From contig MEXN01000005.1 of assembly GCA_001773695.1 (NCBI GenBank), positions 139,316 through 203,315 on the forward strand: DNA of 64,000 bases, written 5' to 3'. Source of the DNA: Candidatus Amesbacteria bacterium RIFCSPLOWO2_01_FULL_48_25 (lineage in GTDB: Bacteria > Patescibacteriota > Microgenomatia > CAZETR01 > Amesbacteraceae). The position numbers and the translations under genes were made by a program. Below are positions 38,167-47,135 of the stretch, in pieces (position 1 is the stretch's first letter; each line of letters starts with the position of its first letter). The notes under the pieces were generated by a model, which was not told the origin of the DNA, searched no databases, and saw only the letters and a list, made by a program, of their open reading frames with translations.

Positions 38167-38240
38167 GTGGAGCCAACAGGACTCGAACCTGTGACCTTCT
38201 CTGTGTAAAAGAGACGCTCTACCAACTGAGCCATGGCTCC
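38167..38240 (-). tRNA. tRNA-Val(TAC)
   Basis: GGAGCCA-TG-GCTC-AGTTGGTA-GAGC-G-TCTCT-TTTACAC-AGAGA-AGGTC-ACAGG-TTCGAGT-CCTGT-TGGCTCC-A. Confidence 0.85.
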
Positions 38241-38250
38241 AGATTTTTTG

Positions 38251-38333
38251 TGCGGCGAGAGGGAGTTGAACCCACACGTCCTTGCGGACACTGGCTCCTG
38301 AAGCCAGCGCGTCTGCCATTTCGCCATCGCCGC
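38251..38333 (-). tRNA. tRNA-Leu(CAG)
   Basis: GCGGCGA...CTGGC-TTCAGGA-GCCAG...long variable arm...GGGTTCAACTCCC...TCGCCGC-A. Confidence 0.85.
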
Positions 38334-38400
38334 TCTGGTTGTATTTTATCATTTGTATTAGGGATGATTTGATTTGTCTTGGGGTATAATTGACAGGTAA

Positions 38401-38484
38401 GCCGGGATGCTGAAACTGGTAGACAGGCATGCTTGAGGGGCATGTGTCAGCAATGGCGTGGAGGTTCGAGTCCTCTTCCCGGCA
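38401..38484 (+). tRNA. tRNA-Leu(GAG), preceded by a ggTATAAT -10 element
   Basis: GCCGGGA...CATGC-TTGAGGG-GCATG...long variable arm...GGTTCGAGTCC...TCCCGGC-A. Confidence 0.85.
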
Positions 38485-38510
38485 CATTAATTAGTATAAT
38501 TTTGTTTCCC

Positions 38511-38583
38511 GCAGCGGTAGCCAAGGTGGTCAAGGCACCTGTCTGAAGAACAGGCCATGCAGGTTCGACTCCTGCCTGCTGCA
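38511..38583 (+). tRNA. tRNA-Phe(GAA), preceded by a tagTATAAT -10 element
   Basis: GCAGCGG...CCTGT-CTGAAGA-ACAGG-CCAT-GCAGG-TTCGACT-CCTGC-CTGCTGC-A; 3-bp D-stem with a long D-loop. Confidence 0.75.
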
Positions 38584-38603
38584 CAAGTGAAACGGTTGCT
38601 TGC

Positions 38604-39137
38604 GTGCTGTGGAGTGTGTATTATGAAAAGTGGAGTATGAGGCCGACGGATGAGATTGTTAAAGCAAGTTTGGGTTGGGTAAATGTGGGGTTGGGGTTAT
38701 TTATTGGGGTGATTGTGGCGGGGGTGGGAGCGTTTTTGTGGGTATTTAGGGATAAATTGCGAGATGCGAGAGCATTACTGACAATTGCAGCATTGTTGAT
38801 CTCTCTGCCCCTGGGGGTAAGGTTGATTTTGGAAAGAACCAGTTTCAGAAACATTGCGGCGGAGGAGCTGAGTATCGTGGCGGTGGAGATAAACCAAACT
38901 ACGGCCGGTGAGCTGGTAATTTATCTGACGTTGTCGCGGCCGGCGGTGGCTTATATGGAGTATAAGCCGTCTGGTTTGAATAAGAGCACTTTGGTCTTTG
39001 CCTTGGGCAAGGTGGAACCAAGAATCGGGCATACATTTGTGCTGAGCGACGTGGGGCAGGGTGGGGAGGCGGTTTTTGTGCTGAATGGGCAGAAAGTACT
39101 GTGGCAAGGGGTGCCGCTGGTGATTCCGGGGAGGTGA
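38604..39137 (+). CDS. Hypothetical membrane protein (start uncertain: GTG 38604 or ATG about 38637)
   Basis: N-terminal TM (WVNVGLGLFIGVIVAGVGAFLWVF) and a second TM. 20 nt after tRNA-Phe, no SD. Confidence 0.4.
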   Translation: MLWSVYYEKWSMRPTDEIVKASLGWVNVGLGLFIGVIVAGVGAFLWVFRDKLRDARALLTIAALLISLPLGVRLILERTSFRNIAAEELSIVAVEINQTTAGELVIYLTLSRPAVAYMEYKPSGLNKSTLVFALGKVEPRIGHTFVLSDVGQGGEAVFVLNGQKVLWQGVPLVIPGR

Positions 39138-39158
39138 AGGAGTAAAATATGGGAGTGG

Positions 39159-39233
39159 CGGAGACTAGTTCATCGGTAGAACGCTCGGTTTGGGACCGAG
39201 AGGTGCAGGGTTCAATTCCCTGGTCTCCGACCA
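39159..39233 (+). tRNA. tRNA-Pro(TGG), CCA encoded
   Basis: CGGAGAC-TA-GTTC-ATCGGTA-GAAC-G-CTCGG-TTTGGGA-CCGAG-AGGTG-CAGGG-TTCAATT-CCCTG-GTCTCCG-A-CCA. The ORF-track ATG at 39149 lies inside or upstream of this tRNA. Confidence 0.85.
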
Positions 39234-39235
39234 AA

Positions 39236-40243
39236 TTGGTGATAGGTGCGGTGGCCATTTTTTGCTCGCTAGTTTTTGGATTAGTCGGCTATTATTTGGG
39301 TATAAGACAAAACCGACCTGGTTCTGTATCAACTGTTTCTGAATCGAACCCCACTACTATTTGGAAAACTTACAAGAACGGAGGTATCGCTTTTGAGTAT
39401 CCGCCGAATTGGATAGAAAAGCCTGTTCTTGTCCAAGGAAGCGGTTTTACTCAGGAATTTGATGATCCGGAAGATAAATACATTTTTTCATTTTCGAGCA
39501 TTGGGAATTATAACCAGGTGACAGGCAAACCTTATGCGACCATAGATGAATTTGTGGGCATGCCTTACAAAGTTGGTGCGGTAACGGCAGATGGTCAGGA
39601 AGGTAGGCAACCGCTTCCTCGGGCTGGGAGTGAGGACGTAAACTCAGCCGTTTTTTTCTCGGTTGACGCAAAGGCTATATATACTCTGGAGCTAAAAGCT
39701 GTCGATATTGGGGGAGGTCGAAAGTTGTTTGAGCAAATTCTTTCAACTTTGAAGTTTTCGAGGTTACAGGCGGAGCCGACTCTAGCTCCGGCGAAAAATG
39801 TCAAGAGACTTACTTATTACTTGCCCAGTGGTTGGCTGACTATGACTGATGCTGCCGGAACACTTGAGGTGGGGTATAACCCGAAAGTTTCATCGGCGAG
39901 CACCGTTCGGGGAGTGGATATTGAGTTGACCCCCAATGACCCGAACGTAATCTTGCGGTCGCATATTGTAGTCCGGTTGCTGCCGTATGATGGTGGGTCA
40001 CGCCATAGGTTTATATACGAGTCAATGGGGGGAGTTCCTATAGCAGAGGAGCGAATGGCGGGTTATACCGAGAAAGAATACTTGTATGGCGGCCGGTCTT
40101 GCTTGTTTTTAGTTGGGATCAGTTATTCTCAGTTTCCGACAACGTGGGGAATGTGCGATGCGGGGAGCGGCCGGGCGTTTTTGATTACTGCTAATGGCGA
40201 GGCCTACGAGGATACAGTGCGGACTATCAGGTTGGTTAAGTAG
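39236..40243 (+). CDS. Hypothetical membrane-anchored extracytoplasmic protein; start reassigned to TTG/GTG 2-5 nt after the tRNA-Pro CCA
   Basis: The first plausible start is immediately followed by the TM (L)VIGAVAIFCSLVFGLVGYYLGI. No in-frame ATG for about 110 codons. Confidence 0.45.
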   Translation: MVIGAVAIFCSLVFGLVGYYLGIRQNRPGSVSTVSESNPTTIWKTYKNGGIAFEYPPNWIEKPVLVQGSGFTQEFDDPEDKYIFSFSSIGNYNQVTGKPYATIDEFVGMPYKVGAVTADGQEGRQPLPRAGSEDVNSAVFFSVDAKAIYTLELKAVDIGGGRKLFEQILSTLKFSRLQAEPTLAPAKNVKRLTYYLPSGWLTMTDAAGTLEVGYNPKVSSASTVRGVDIELTPNDPNVILRSHIVVRLLPYDGGSRHRFIYESMGGVPIAEERMAGYTEKEYLYGGRSCLFLVGISYSQFPTTWGMCDAGSGRAFLITANGEAYEDTVRTIRLVK

Positions 40244-41021
40244 ATATTTGGGATCCTTTTTCGGGTTTGAGGCGCAGGGATCCGGTGCGTTTGACGCGGC
40301 GGGCGACCAATAATAGGTTGAGAAGGGCGACCGTTGATAGCCCCAAGAGCATGGGAAGAAGGAGCTGGTATTGGCGAAAAGAGGGGTTGGTGTGACGGAT
40401 GCTTTGGAAAATCAGAGCCAGAGCCAGCCAGCAGGCTAGAAACGTGGCCTTGAGATCCGCCCAGCGACCGACGTACTGGTCCTTGGAGTGAGTGTAGCGG
40501 TACATGGCAATGAAAGCTAGAGCGCCAATACCAATGCCCGTAAGTATCGGTCCGGTCCAGGAAGCGTAGTTAAAATCCGGAACGTGGTTAAGCTCTAGAA
40601 GAACGAGCCCAGACATGATAAAAAATGTGCCCATCAGAATAAGATTATGGGAGAAGTTCATGTGAAAGTATCGATTAAGTTGACCGACTTCTGATTCGTC
40701 CCAGCGGAGATCTGATTCTGCCAGCATCTTGGCGACTGAATGGATGGCTGCACCGCCGTAAGCTAGTAGCATGGAGAGAAGGGTGGCTTTGACCAGGATG
40801 GAATCGGAAATAAAAGTGGTAGGTGCAGGAGGTTGCTCGACGATTTGTTGCATGTAAGTGTAGAGAAGGAGAAAGACAGTTCCTGGAATGACAATGAGGT
40901 AAACAATTTGAAGTAAGGACATATGGAATAAGTGTTTGTTGTGGAGGAATGAAGAACGATAGGCGATGGCGCCGGCGAAAAAGATGATGAGAATGCCAGC
41001 TAGGACGTTGGAGCTAAACAT
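40236..41021 (-). CDS. Hypothetical polytopic membrane protein
   Basis: 261-aa ORF with about 7 hydrophobic segments. Confidence 0.4.
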   Translation of the reverse strand: MFSSNVLAGILIIFFAGAIAYRSSFLHNKHLFHMSLLQIVYLIVIPGTVFLLLYTYMQQIVEQPPAPTTFISDSILVKATLLSMLLAYGGAAIHSVAKMLAESDLRWDESEVGQLNRYFHMNFSHNLILMGTFFIMSGLVLLELNHVPDFNYASWTGPILTGIGIGALAFIAMYRYTHSKDQYVGRWADLKATFLACWLALALIFQSIRHTNPSFRQYQLLLPMLLGLSTVALLNLLLVARRVKRTGSLRLKPEKGSQIST

Positions 41022-41060
41022 TATTAGTAATATTCTACACGAATTTGGTATATTGGGAGG

Positions 41061-41504
41061 GTGAAGAGATGGGAGGGGGTTGTGTCGTTATTGATAGTGG
41101 CGGCGGTGTTGCCGGTTGTTTTGTTTGGGGCATTGAACCGGGATAAAGTGCTGTTTTTGATCGGCGCCAGCACGCAACTTGAGCTTTCAATATGGTTGGA
41201 GCCAGCTGAAGTGATAACTGATGTTGGTGTGCCAGTGGAATTTACTGTTTTGGCTGAGTATGGAGAACCGAATCGGTTGGTGCCTCAGGTGGTGGTGCGA
41301 GTGGTTGGCTCCGGGGAAGTTGAGATATCTCCCGACAACGTGTCTTATATGCAGGCATTTTCCGGGCGAGTGAGTTTGGGTAAAGTTACGGTCGTGGCTT
41401 TGAAAAGAGGGAAATTCGAAGTGGGTTTGGATCCAGCTTCCATTGATACTAAATTGCCGGACTTGCCGATCGTGGTGGGGAAGGCAAATTTGATAGTGAG
41501 GTAA
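41061..41504 (+). CDS. Hypothetical secreted protein, first gene of the second pseudopilin operon
   Basis: N-terminal signal/TM (VVSLLIVAAVLPVVLFGAL). Confidence 0.35.
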   Translation: MKRWEGVVSLLIVAAVLPVVLFGALNRDKVLFLIGASTQLELSIWLEPAEVITDVGVPVEFTVLAEYGEPNRLVPQVVVRVVGSGEVEISPDNVSYMQAFSGRVSLGKVTVVALKRGKFEVGLDPASIDTKLPDLPIVVGKANLIVR

Positions 41505-41509
41505 ACATA

Positions 41510-41947
41510 ATGCGAAAAATACCTGCCCTGACATTGGTGGAAGTTCTATTGTTGCTTTCCGTATTGGCGGTGTTGGTCTCCGGAGGAATGTCTGTTTTGG
41601 TAGGAGTGAGACTGAATCAGGCGATGGTTGCTTCGGCGGAAAAATTTGCTACGGTTATCCGCCAAGCCCACATTTTTGCCAGAGAAGAGAAGGATGACCG
41701 GGCGTGGGGAGTAAGATATGAGGGGGTAAATAGTTATTCTTTAATCGCTTTCGGGGAGACCGTGGAAGTTAGAGCCGGCTACAAGTTGGGAAGCCCCAGC
41801 GTGTTTGAAGATAATTTTGGGTTGATAATATTTGCTCAGGGGACGGGAGCGCTGACAGATAAAAGGGAGATTAAAATTAGGAGTTCTAATGGTCGGGCGG
41901 TGAGGGTGAACATTTTGGAAACGGGGGTAGTGGAGGCACAGAGATGA
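41510..41947 (+). CDS. Pseudopilin-like protein (atypical Ala at cleavage position)
   Basis: MRKIPALTLVEVLLLLSVLAVLVSGG. Confidence 0.5.
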   Translation: MRKIPALTLVEVLLLLSVLAVLVSGGMSVLVGVRLNQAMVASAEKFATVIRQAHIFAREEKDDRAWGVRYEGVNSYSLIAFGETVEVRAGYKLGSPSVFEDNFGLIIFAQGTGALTDKREIKIRSSNGRAVRVNILETGVVEAQR

Positions 41948-42420
41948 TGAGAAAAGGGGCGTTGCTTTTAGAGATTGTGATCTCGTTAGTAATATTGGGG
42001 ATGGTGTCGGCGGTGTTTTTCCCGGCGATTGTGACTTTGGTTAAAAGGTCGCACCAATTGAAACATGCGGCGGTTGCGGCTGCAATATTACAGGAAGGCA
42101 TGGAGGCGACGTATAACGTATTTTTGAGCGGGTGGTCGGGTTGGGAAGAAGGGGTGTATCACCCGGTGGTGGTTGTGGGGCCGGGTACAAAACATTGGAC
42201 GCTTATCTCGGGGGAAGAGACAGCTCTCGAGACCAGGTTTACCAGACGGCTGGAGATAAGTAATATTTGCCGGAATCCACGGACGGGCGATATAAGGCCC
42301 AATTGCGGTAATGGAGAAAGTATCGATGAATATAGTAGATTGGTGACCGAGACCGTGATTTGGAGTGAAAGCGGGCAGACGCGCCAGTTAACTACCAGTT
42401 GGGTGGTGGCAAAAATATGA
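41944..42420 (+). CDS. Pseudopilin-like protein
   Basis: MMRKGALLLEIVISLVILGMVSAVF. Confidence 0.55.
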   Translation: MMRKGALLLEIVISLVILGMVSAVFFPAIVTLVKRSHQLKHAAVAAAILQEGMEATYNVFLSGWSGWEEGVYHPVVVVGPGTKHWTLISGEETALETRFTRRLEISNICRNPRTGDIRPNCGNGESIDEYSRLVTETVIWSESGQTRQLTTSWVVAKI

Positions 42421-42875
42421 CTAGAAGAGGATTTACACTGGTGGAATTGGTGGTGGTGATTGGGCTTTCTGGCTTGATATTTGTAGTAGTATCCGGTTTG
42501 ACTGTATCGCTACTAACAGTGGGGACAAAAAACCGCCACCAACAGACTTTGGAACAGGCACGTGACGATGTGACGAGTGACATATCAAACATAGTCAAGT
42601 GGCGGGAGGGAATTCTGGCTTGGGATAACAATAGGTTACAGGTGGGAGACGTGGTGTATGAGAAAAGCGGTGATAGATTTTTGAAGAACGGAGTGAGTCT
42701 ATTGGGTGAAAATGTGGTGGTAACAGAAATGGGGATCGAGAATTACTCTGCCCTTGAGGACTATCCGAGTTTGATCGTGGGCCTGAAAATTGAGAGCCGG
42801 GTACTGCCACAGGTGAAGGATGAAATTAAACTGGTAGTTTCCAGACGCAAAACAACTATTGAGACGGACTTATGA
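42399..42875 (+). CDS. Pilin/pseudopilin with canonical prepilin motif
   Basis: MTRRGFTLVELVVVIGLSGLIFVVV. Confidence 0.65.
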   Translation: MGGGKNMTRRGFTLVELVVVIGLSGLIFVVVSGLTVSLLTVGTKNRHQQTLEQARDDVTSDISNIVKWREGILAWDNNRLQVGDVVYEKSGDRFLKNGVSLLGENVVVTEMGIENYSALEDYPSLIVGLKIESRVLPQVKDEIKLVVSRRKTTIETDL

Positions 42876-44005
42876 AACAGGGCATATCTACACTACTTAC
42901 TGTATTTGTGGTCATGTTTATAGGCATTTTTTTGGTGGCGGTGATGCAATCGCAATTTCTTTTGGCGGTATATCGGGGTCAGTCGGGAGCTGACCGGGTG
43001 GTATCGGGGTATAAAGCCGAGTCGGCTGTTTATGACATTGTGGCTAAATTTTTAGGGGGATATCCGCAGGCGTTCGCGTTTCCGTTTAGTACTTCTAAAA
43101 CTCTTGATGATGGAACGACACTTACGGTAGAGGGGGTAACCGAGGGAATGGGGCAAAAGCTATTGGTGACGGCAGATAGGGAATACGCAATGACCCGCTT
43201 GGAAATGAGCCGGGGGGTGCGGGAAGTACAGACACTTCCAGTGGAGGCTCAGGTGGTATTAGCACTGGACTGTTCAGCTCGGATGGATGAGCAGGCTGAT
43301 CCAACGTGCGTGACCGGTTGCGGGAAGCGGATTGTGGAGGAGAAAAACGGGACGCTGCAATTTATCAACTCGGTAATCTCTCGGCCGGTGAATGCCCGGT
43401 TTAAATTGGGCGTTGCTGTATTTCGCGTGGGTGCGGCGTGGCTTATTGAACCGACTTACGATATGAATGCGGTTAAAGATGCGGTGCACGATGGCCTGAG
43501 ACAAGATACAGCTAGCAGTCCGGCTTGCCAGAGTCTTTCGGGAGAGCCAGGTGAGGTGAGCCTGGGCTCGGGCTTGTCTTTTTCTCTGGAGAGCCTAAAA
43601 GATTCGGCGGGAGAGGGAATGGCCCAGGCGGTGGTGTTGGTATCTGGAGAACAGACTAATTCCAGAATTCCTTACGACCCATGTCCACCAAGCGTACTTT
43701 GTACGGGGGCGGGTTGTAGGCCGGCTGCCTTGGAGATGCTAAAGTGTACGGCCGCTGATGACGCGGACAGTAAAAATACCGGTTACCTGGGAGTTCGGGG
43801 CCAGAAAGTAAGTTTGTATGCCGTGGGGGTGGGGGGTGGAACTGAGACTGAGGAGGAGATGATGTTGCGCTTGTATGCCAATAAATATTTCCATACGGCG
43901 AATGCCACGGTGCTGCCGAGGTTATTGCAAGAGGTATTTGGGTTGGAAGTGAACAGGGTAGCGACGATGAAGATAAGGAAAGTGGTGCCTGTTATAATTC
44001 CCTGA
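42872..44005 (+). CDS. vWA-like domain protein, membrane-anchored; putative pilus-associated adhesin
   Basis: N-terminal TM. VVLALDCSARMDE (degenerate MIDAS DxSxx) followed by beta-alpha-beta segments typical of the vWA fold. Confidence 0.45.
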   Translation: MKQGISTLLTVFVVMFIGIFLVAVMQSQFLLAVYRGQSGADRVVSGYKAESAVYDIVAKFLGGYPQAFAFPFSTSKTLDDGTTLTVEGVTEGMGQKLLVTADREYAMTRLEMSRGVREVQTLPVEAQVVLALDCSARMDEQADPTCVTGCGKRIVEEKNGTLQFINSVISRPVNARFKLGVAVFRVGAAWLIEPTYDMNAVKDAVHDGLRQDTASSPACQSLSGEPGEVSLGSGLSFSLESLKDSAGEGMAQAVVLVSGEQTNSRIPYDPCPPSVLCTGAGCRPAALEMLKCTAADDADSKNTGYLGVRGQKVSLYAVGVGGGTETEEEMMLRLYANKYFHTANATVLPRLLQEVFGLEVNRVATMKIRKVVPVIIP

Positions 44006-44008
44006 GTT

Positions 44009-45040
44009 ATGAAGAATTGGTTGATCGGGGTTTTGGTTGTGATTGGTCTGGGAGTTGGGTTGTGGAAAATGACGTCGACTAAACCGTCGACACAAGATTC
44101 AAAACTTAAAATTCAAGATTCAATTGAAATCACTGAGAGTGATTGGGTGAGGGGGAAGAGGGAGGCGCCGGTTACCCTGGTTGAGTACGGGGATTTTCAG
44201 TGTCCGGCTTGCGGGGCGTATTATCAGGTATTACTTCAGCTGGAGAAAGAATTTCCTGACAGATTGCGGGTGGTGTGGCGGCAGTTTCCGCTGACTACGA
44301 TTCATGCCAATGCCTGGGATGCGGCTGAGGCGGCCGAGGCGGCGGGACGCCAGGGAAAGTTTTGGGAGATGCATGACGTGTTGTTTGAAAATCAAAAGGA
44401 GTGGACTGAATCTGGAAAATTCGACGGGTATGCTTCTAGGATCGGGTTAGACGTGACTAAGTGGAAGGAAGATTTGGGTGAGAAGTCGATTGAGGAAAAA
44501 GTCAGAAAAGATCAAAACTCGGGAATTGATTTGGGGGTGACGGGGACGCCGTCGTTTTTTCTAAACGGCGAAAAGATTGGTTTGCCGGGAAGTTATGAGA
44601 AATTTAAGGCAATAATCGAAGGAGAGGTGGCTAGTCTGCCCGAGCCGGAAACAGTGCATATGCATTTTGACATAGCGGTTTATGTGGATGGGAAGAAACT
44701 CGATTTTTCGGCGGATAAGTACCAAGAGAAACATCCGGCGGTGCATTTCCACGACAATAACGGTGAAGTAGCGCATATTCATCAAAAGGGGGCGACTTTG
44801 GGGGTATTCATTGACTCGTTGGGATTGAAATTGGACTTGATCCCCAAGGTGAATGACAAGTTGGTTGATGATTGGAGGGATTACGTGCCGGCCGATTTGG
44901 ATAGAATAGTTTTTGGGGACGGGGTGGTTACCGATAAAGCGTGTATTTATTCGGAAACTTGTCCCGAGCGGGGAAAGCCGCCGACGGAGAATTGCGTCGG
45001 AGGATTAGGTACTGAGTGTGATGACCATGAAACTCAATGA
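44009..45040 (+). CDS. DsbA-like thiol:disulfide oxidoreductase fused to a His-rich C-terminal domain
   Basis: N-terminal TM. EYGDFQCPACGAYY CxxC thioredoxin-fold motif. C-terminal HMHFD...HPAVHFHDNNGEVAHIHQKG His cluster. Confidence 0.65.
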   Translation: MKNWLIGVLVVIGLGVGLWKMTSTKPSTQDSKLKIQDSIEITESDWVRGKREAPVTLVEYGDFQCPACGAYYQVLLQLEKEFPDRLRVVWRQFPLTTIHANAWDAAEAAEAAGRQGKFWEMHDVLFENQKEWTESGKFDGYASRIGLDVTKWKEDLGEKSIEEKVRKDQNSGIDLGVTGTPSFFLNGEKIGLPGSYEKFKAIIEGEVASLPEPETVHMHFDIAVYVDGKKLDFSADKYQEKHPAVHFHDNNGEVAHIHQKGATLGVFIDSLGLKLDLIPKVNDKLVDDWRDYVPADLDRIVFGDGVVTDKACIYSETCPERGKPPTENCVGGLGTECDDHETQ

Positions 45041-45383
45041 GCTTACACCGGAAGAGGAGAGGGTCATTGTTCACAAGGGGACGGAGGCGCCGGGGACGGG
45101 AGAGTATGATGATTTTTGGCAAAAGGGGGTGTTTGTATGTAGAAGGTGTGGCTCCCCACTTTTTAGGTCTGAGGATAAGTTTGAGGCGCATTGCGGCTGG
45201 CCGGCATTTGATAAATTTATTCCGGGCGCAGTTAAACAACTTCCGGATGAAGACGGAATGAGAACGGAAATTCAGTGTGCCAAGTGCGGAGCCCATTTGG
45301 GGCATGTGTTTGTGGGCGAAAGGTTTACGGATACGAACACTAGACATTGCGTGAACTCGATTAGTTTGAGATTTAAAGCATAA
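45018..45383 (+). CDS. msrB: Peptide methionine sulfoxide reductase MsrB
   Basis: CRRCGSPLF...HCGWPAF...IQCAKCGAHLGHVF. Confidence 0.85.
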   Translation: MMTMKLNELTPEEERVIVHKGTEAPGTGEYDDFWQKGVFVCRRCGSPLFRSEDKFEAHCGWPAFDKFIPGAVKQLPDEDGMRTEIQCAKCGAHLGHVFVGERFTDTNTRHCVNSISLRFKA

Positions 45384-45480
45384 ACAATGCGCTCGATACT
45401 CGCAAAAATCCGTCCTCGACTGCCTGGCGTTTGCCGGCGTCCGGCTGCGGGCGGTTTTTGCTGGAGTATCTGCGCGCCCT

Positions 45481-46014
45481 TTGTTTATGACTGAAGCAAT
45501 TGTTCTGGGGGGTGGGTGTTTTTGGTGCACGGAGACCGTTATGAAGCGGCTGCGAGGGGTAATATCGGTAATGTCGGGATATGCGGGGGGAAATATCCAA
45601 AACCCTGATTATGAGCAGGTGAGTACAGGCCAAACGGGACACGCGGAAGTGATAAGAGTCGTCTTTGACCCTGATCAGATCGGGTTGGAGACGATACTGG
45701 AAGTGTTTTTTGCCACGCATGATCCGACTACTATGAATAGGCAGGGGGCGGACGTGGGCAGCCAATACCGATCGATAATTTTATTTGCAGATGATAAACA
45801 AAGAGAAAAGATATCTGAAGTGATTAAGAGATTAAGGTCTAGTTTTGACTCCCCTATCGTGACAGAAGTTAAGAGATTGGAAAAGTTTTATGAGGCTGAA
45901 GAATATCACCGAAATTTTTACGAGAGAAATGAAGGTAAACCCTATTGCCAGGTAGTGATTAACCCCAAACTGGCCAAGCTGAGAGCTAAATTCGCGGATC
46001 TTTTGATAAAATAG
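45481..46014 (+). CDS. msrA: Peptide methionine sulfoxide reductase MsrA
   Basis: AIVLGGGCFWCTE active-site motif. Confidence 0.85.
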   Translation: MFMTEAIVLGGGCFWCTETVMKRLRGVISVMSGYAGGNIQNPDYEQVSTGQTGHAEVIRVVFDPDQIGLETILEVFFATHDPTTMNRQGADVGSQYRSIILFADDKQREKISEVIKRLRSSFDSPIVTEVKRLEKFYEAEEYHRNFYERNEGKPYCQVVINPKLAKLRAKFADLLIK

Positions 46015-46021
46015 ATACAGT

Positions 46022-46092
46022 GCGGGTGTAGCTCAATGGTAGAGCGCCAGTTTTCCAAACTGGTGACGAGGGTCCGATTCCCTTCACCCGCT
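46022..46092 (+). tRNA. tRNA-Gly(TCC); T-loop TCCGATT (C55)
   Basis: GCGGGTG-TA-GCTC-AATGGTA-GAGC-G-CCAGT-TTTCCAA-ACTGG-TGAC-GAGGG-TCCGATT-CCCTT-CACCCGC-T. Confidence 0.85.
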
Positions 46093-46104
46093 CAGGGCTT
46101 GGTC

Positions 46105-46113
46105 TGATATAAT
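46105..46113 (+). promoter_or_regulatory. Extended -10 promoter element TGATATAAT upstream of the first RRM gene
   Basis: Perfect TGnTATAAT. A similar TGATATAAA lies at about 58664-58672 upstream of the paralog. Confidence 0.45.
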
Positions 46114-46146
46114 GATGGGAGTATGGAACTGGGGGTGAAGATATAG

Positions 46147-46503
46147 GTGGCAGCTAAACTTTTTGTAGGAGGGCTTTCTTGGGATACGACAGATGATTCC
46201 TTGCGCAATTTTTTTGCCCAAGCAGGAACGGTGGTATCGGCGACAGTTATCTCTGATAAATTTTCCGGTAGATCCAAGGGATTTGGATTTGTGGAGATGA
46301 GTTCGGACGAGGAGGCTCAGGCGGCAATCGCCAAACTAAATGGTCAAAATCTGGATGGACGGACAATCGCGATTAATGAAGCCAGGCCCCAGGCCCCGCG
46401 GGACAATAACTTTTCCCGTAGGCCAAGTGGCGGCGGTGGCGGAAGAGGCGATTATCGCCGAGACAACAGAAGTCCCCGAGGTGGGGGTAGATCTTTTAGA
46501 TGA
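46147..46503 (+). CDS. RRM-type RNA-binding protein with Gly/Arg-rich tail
   Basis: RNP-2 LFVGGL and RNP-1 KGFGFVEM. C-terminal RRPSGGGGGRGDYRRDNRSPRGGGRS. Confidence 0.8.
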   Translation: MAAKLFVGGLSWDTTDDSLRNFFAQAGTVVSATVISDKFSGRSKGFGFVEMSSDEEAQAAIAKLNGQNLDGRTIAINEARPQAPRDNNFSRRPSGGGGGRGDYRRDNRSPRGGGRSFR

Positions 46504-47135
46504 TTCCTTTGAGGGACCATAACAAGAGTCTGACATGGCCGGTAGTAACATACCTGCTTATCGGTATTAATTTGTGGGTCTTTTTCCAGATGTGGGGAAT
46601 GTCACCATCTGGGCTGGAGGAATTTGTGGAAACGTGGTCGGTGAGGCCGGCGAGTATTATGAGTGGGATGGGATTGGTAACTCTTCTGACATCGATGTTT
46701 TTGCATGGAGGAATCGCCCACGTATTGGGAAACATGCTTTTCTTACATATTTTTGGAGATAATTTGGAAGACAGACTGGGTCATATTGGTTATTTGATTT
46801 ACTATTTGGTGAGCGGGGTGGCGGGGTCGGTGGCGCAAATATGGGCGGATCCATCCTCTACCATACCCATGCTTGGGGCTTCCGGAGCGATCGCAGGATT
46901 GATGGGGGGATATCTGGTGTTGTTTCCGCGGCACAGAATTGACGTTTTGATTCCGTGGGGGTTTTGGTTCGAAGAGTTGACGCTTCCGGCCTGGACGATG
47001 CTAATTTATTGGATAATATTTCAGGTGTTTGGATCGTTAGGCTCTTTAGGTGTGGACGGGGGCGGGATTGCCTATATGGCCCACGTGGGTGGATTTGCGG
47101 CGGGAGTAGTGTTGGTTAAATTTTTTCTTCGTTGA
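46500..47135 (+). CDS. Rhomboid family intramembrane serine protease
   Basis: GASGAIAGLMG (GxSG) and AHVGGFAAG (catalytic His). 6 TMs. Confidence 0.8.
   Translation: MIPLRDHNKSLTWPVVTYLLIGINLWVFFQMWGMSPSGLEEFVETWSVRPASIMSGMGLVTLLTSMFLHGGIAHVLGNMLFLHIFGDNLEDRLGHIGYLIYYLVSGVAGSVAQIWADPSSTIPMLGASGAIAGLMGGYLVLFPRHRIDVLIPWGFWFEELTLPAWTMLIYWIIFQVFGSLGSLGVDGGGIAYMAHVGGFAAGVVLVKFFLR

Noticed and set aside
39149-39235. ATG start at 39149 for the 364-aa ORF
   Set aside because: The first 85 nt are an intact tRNA-Pro(TGG) with encoded CCA. The CDS must start after it.
46092-46277. Minus-strand ORFs opposite both RRM genes (also 58707..58928)
   Set aside because: They appear in both paralogs only because the RRM coding sequence is conserved. 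No support.
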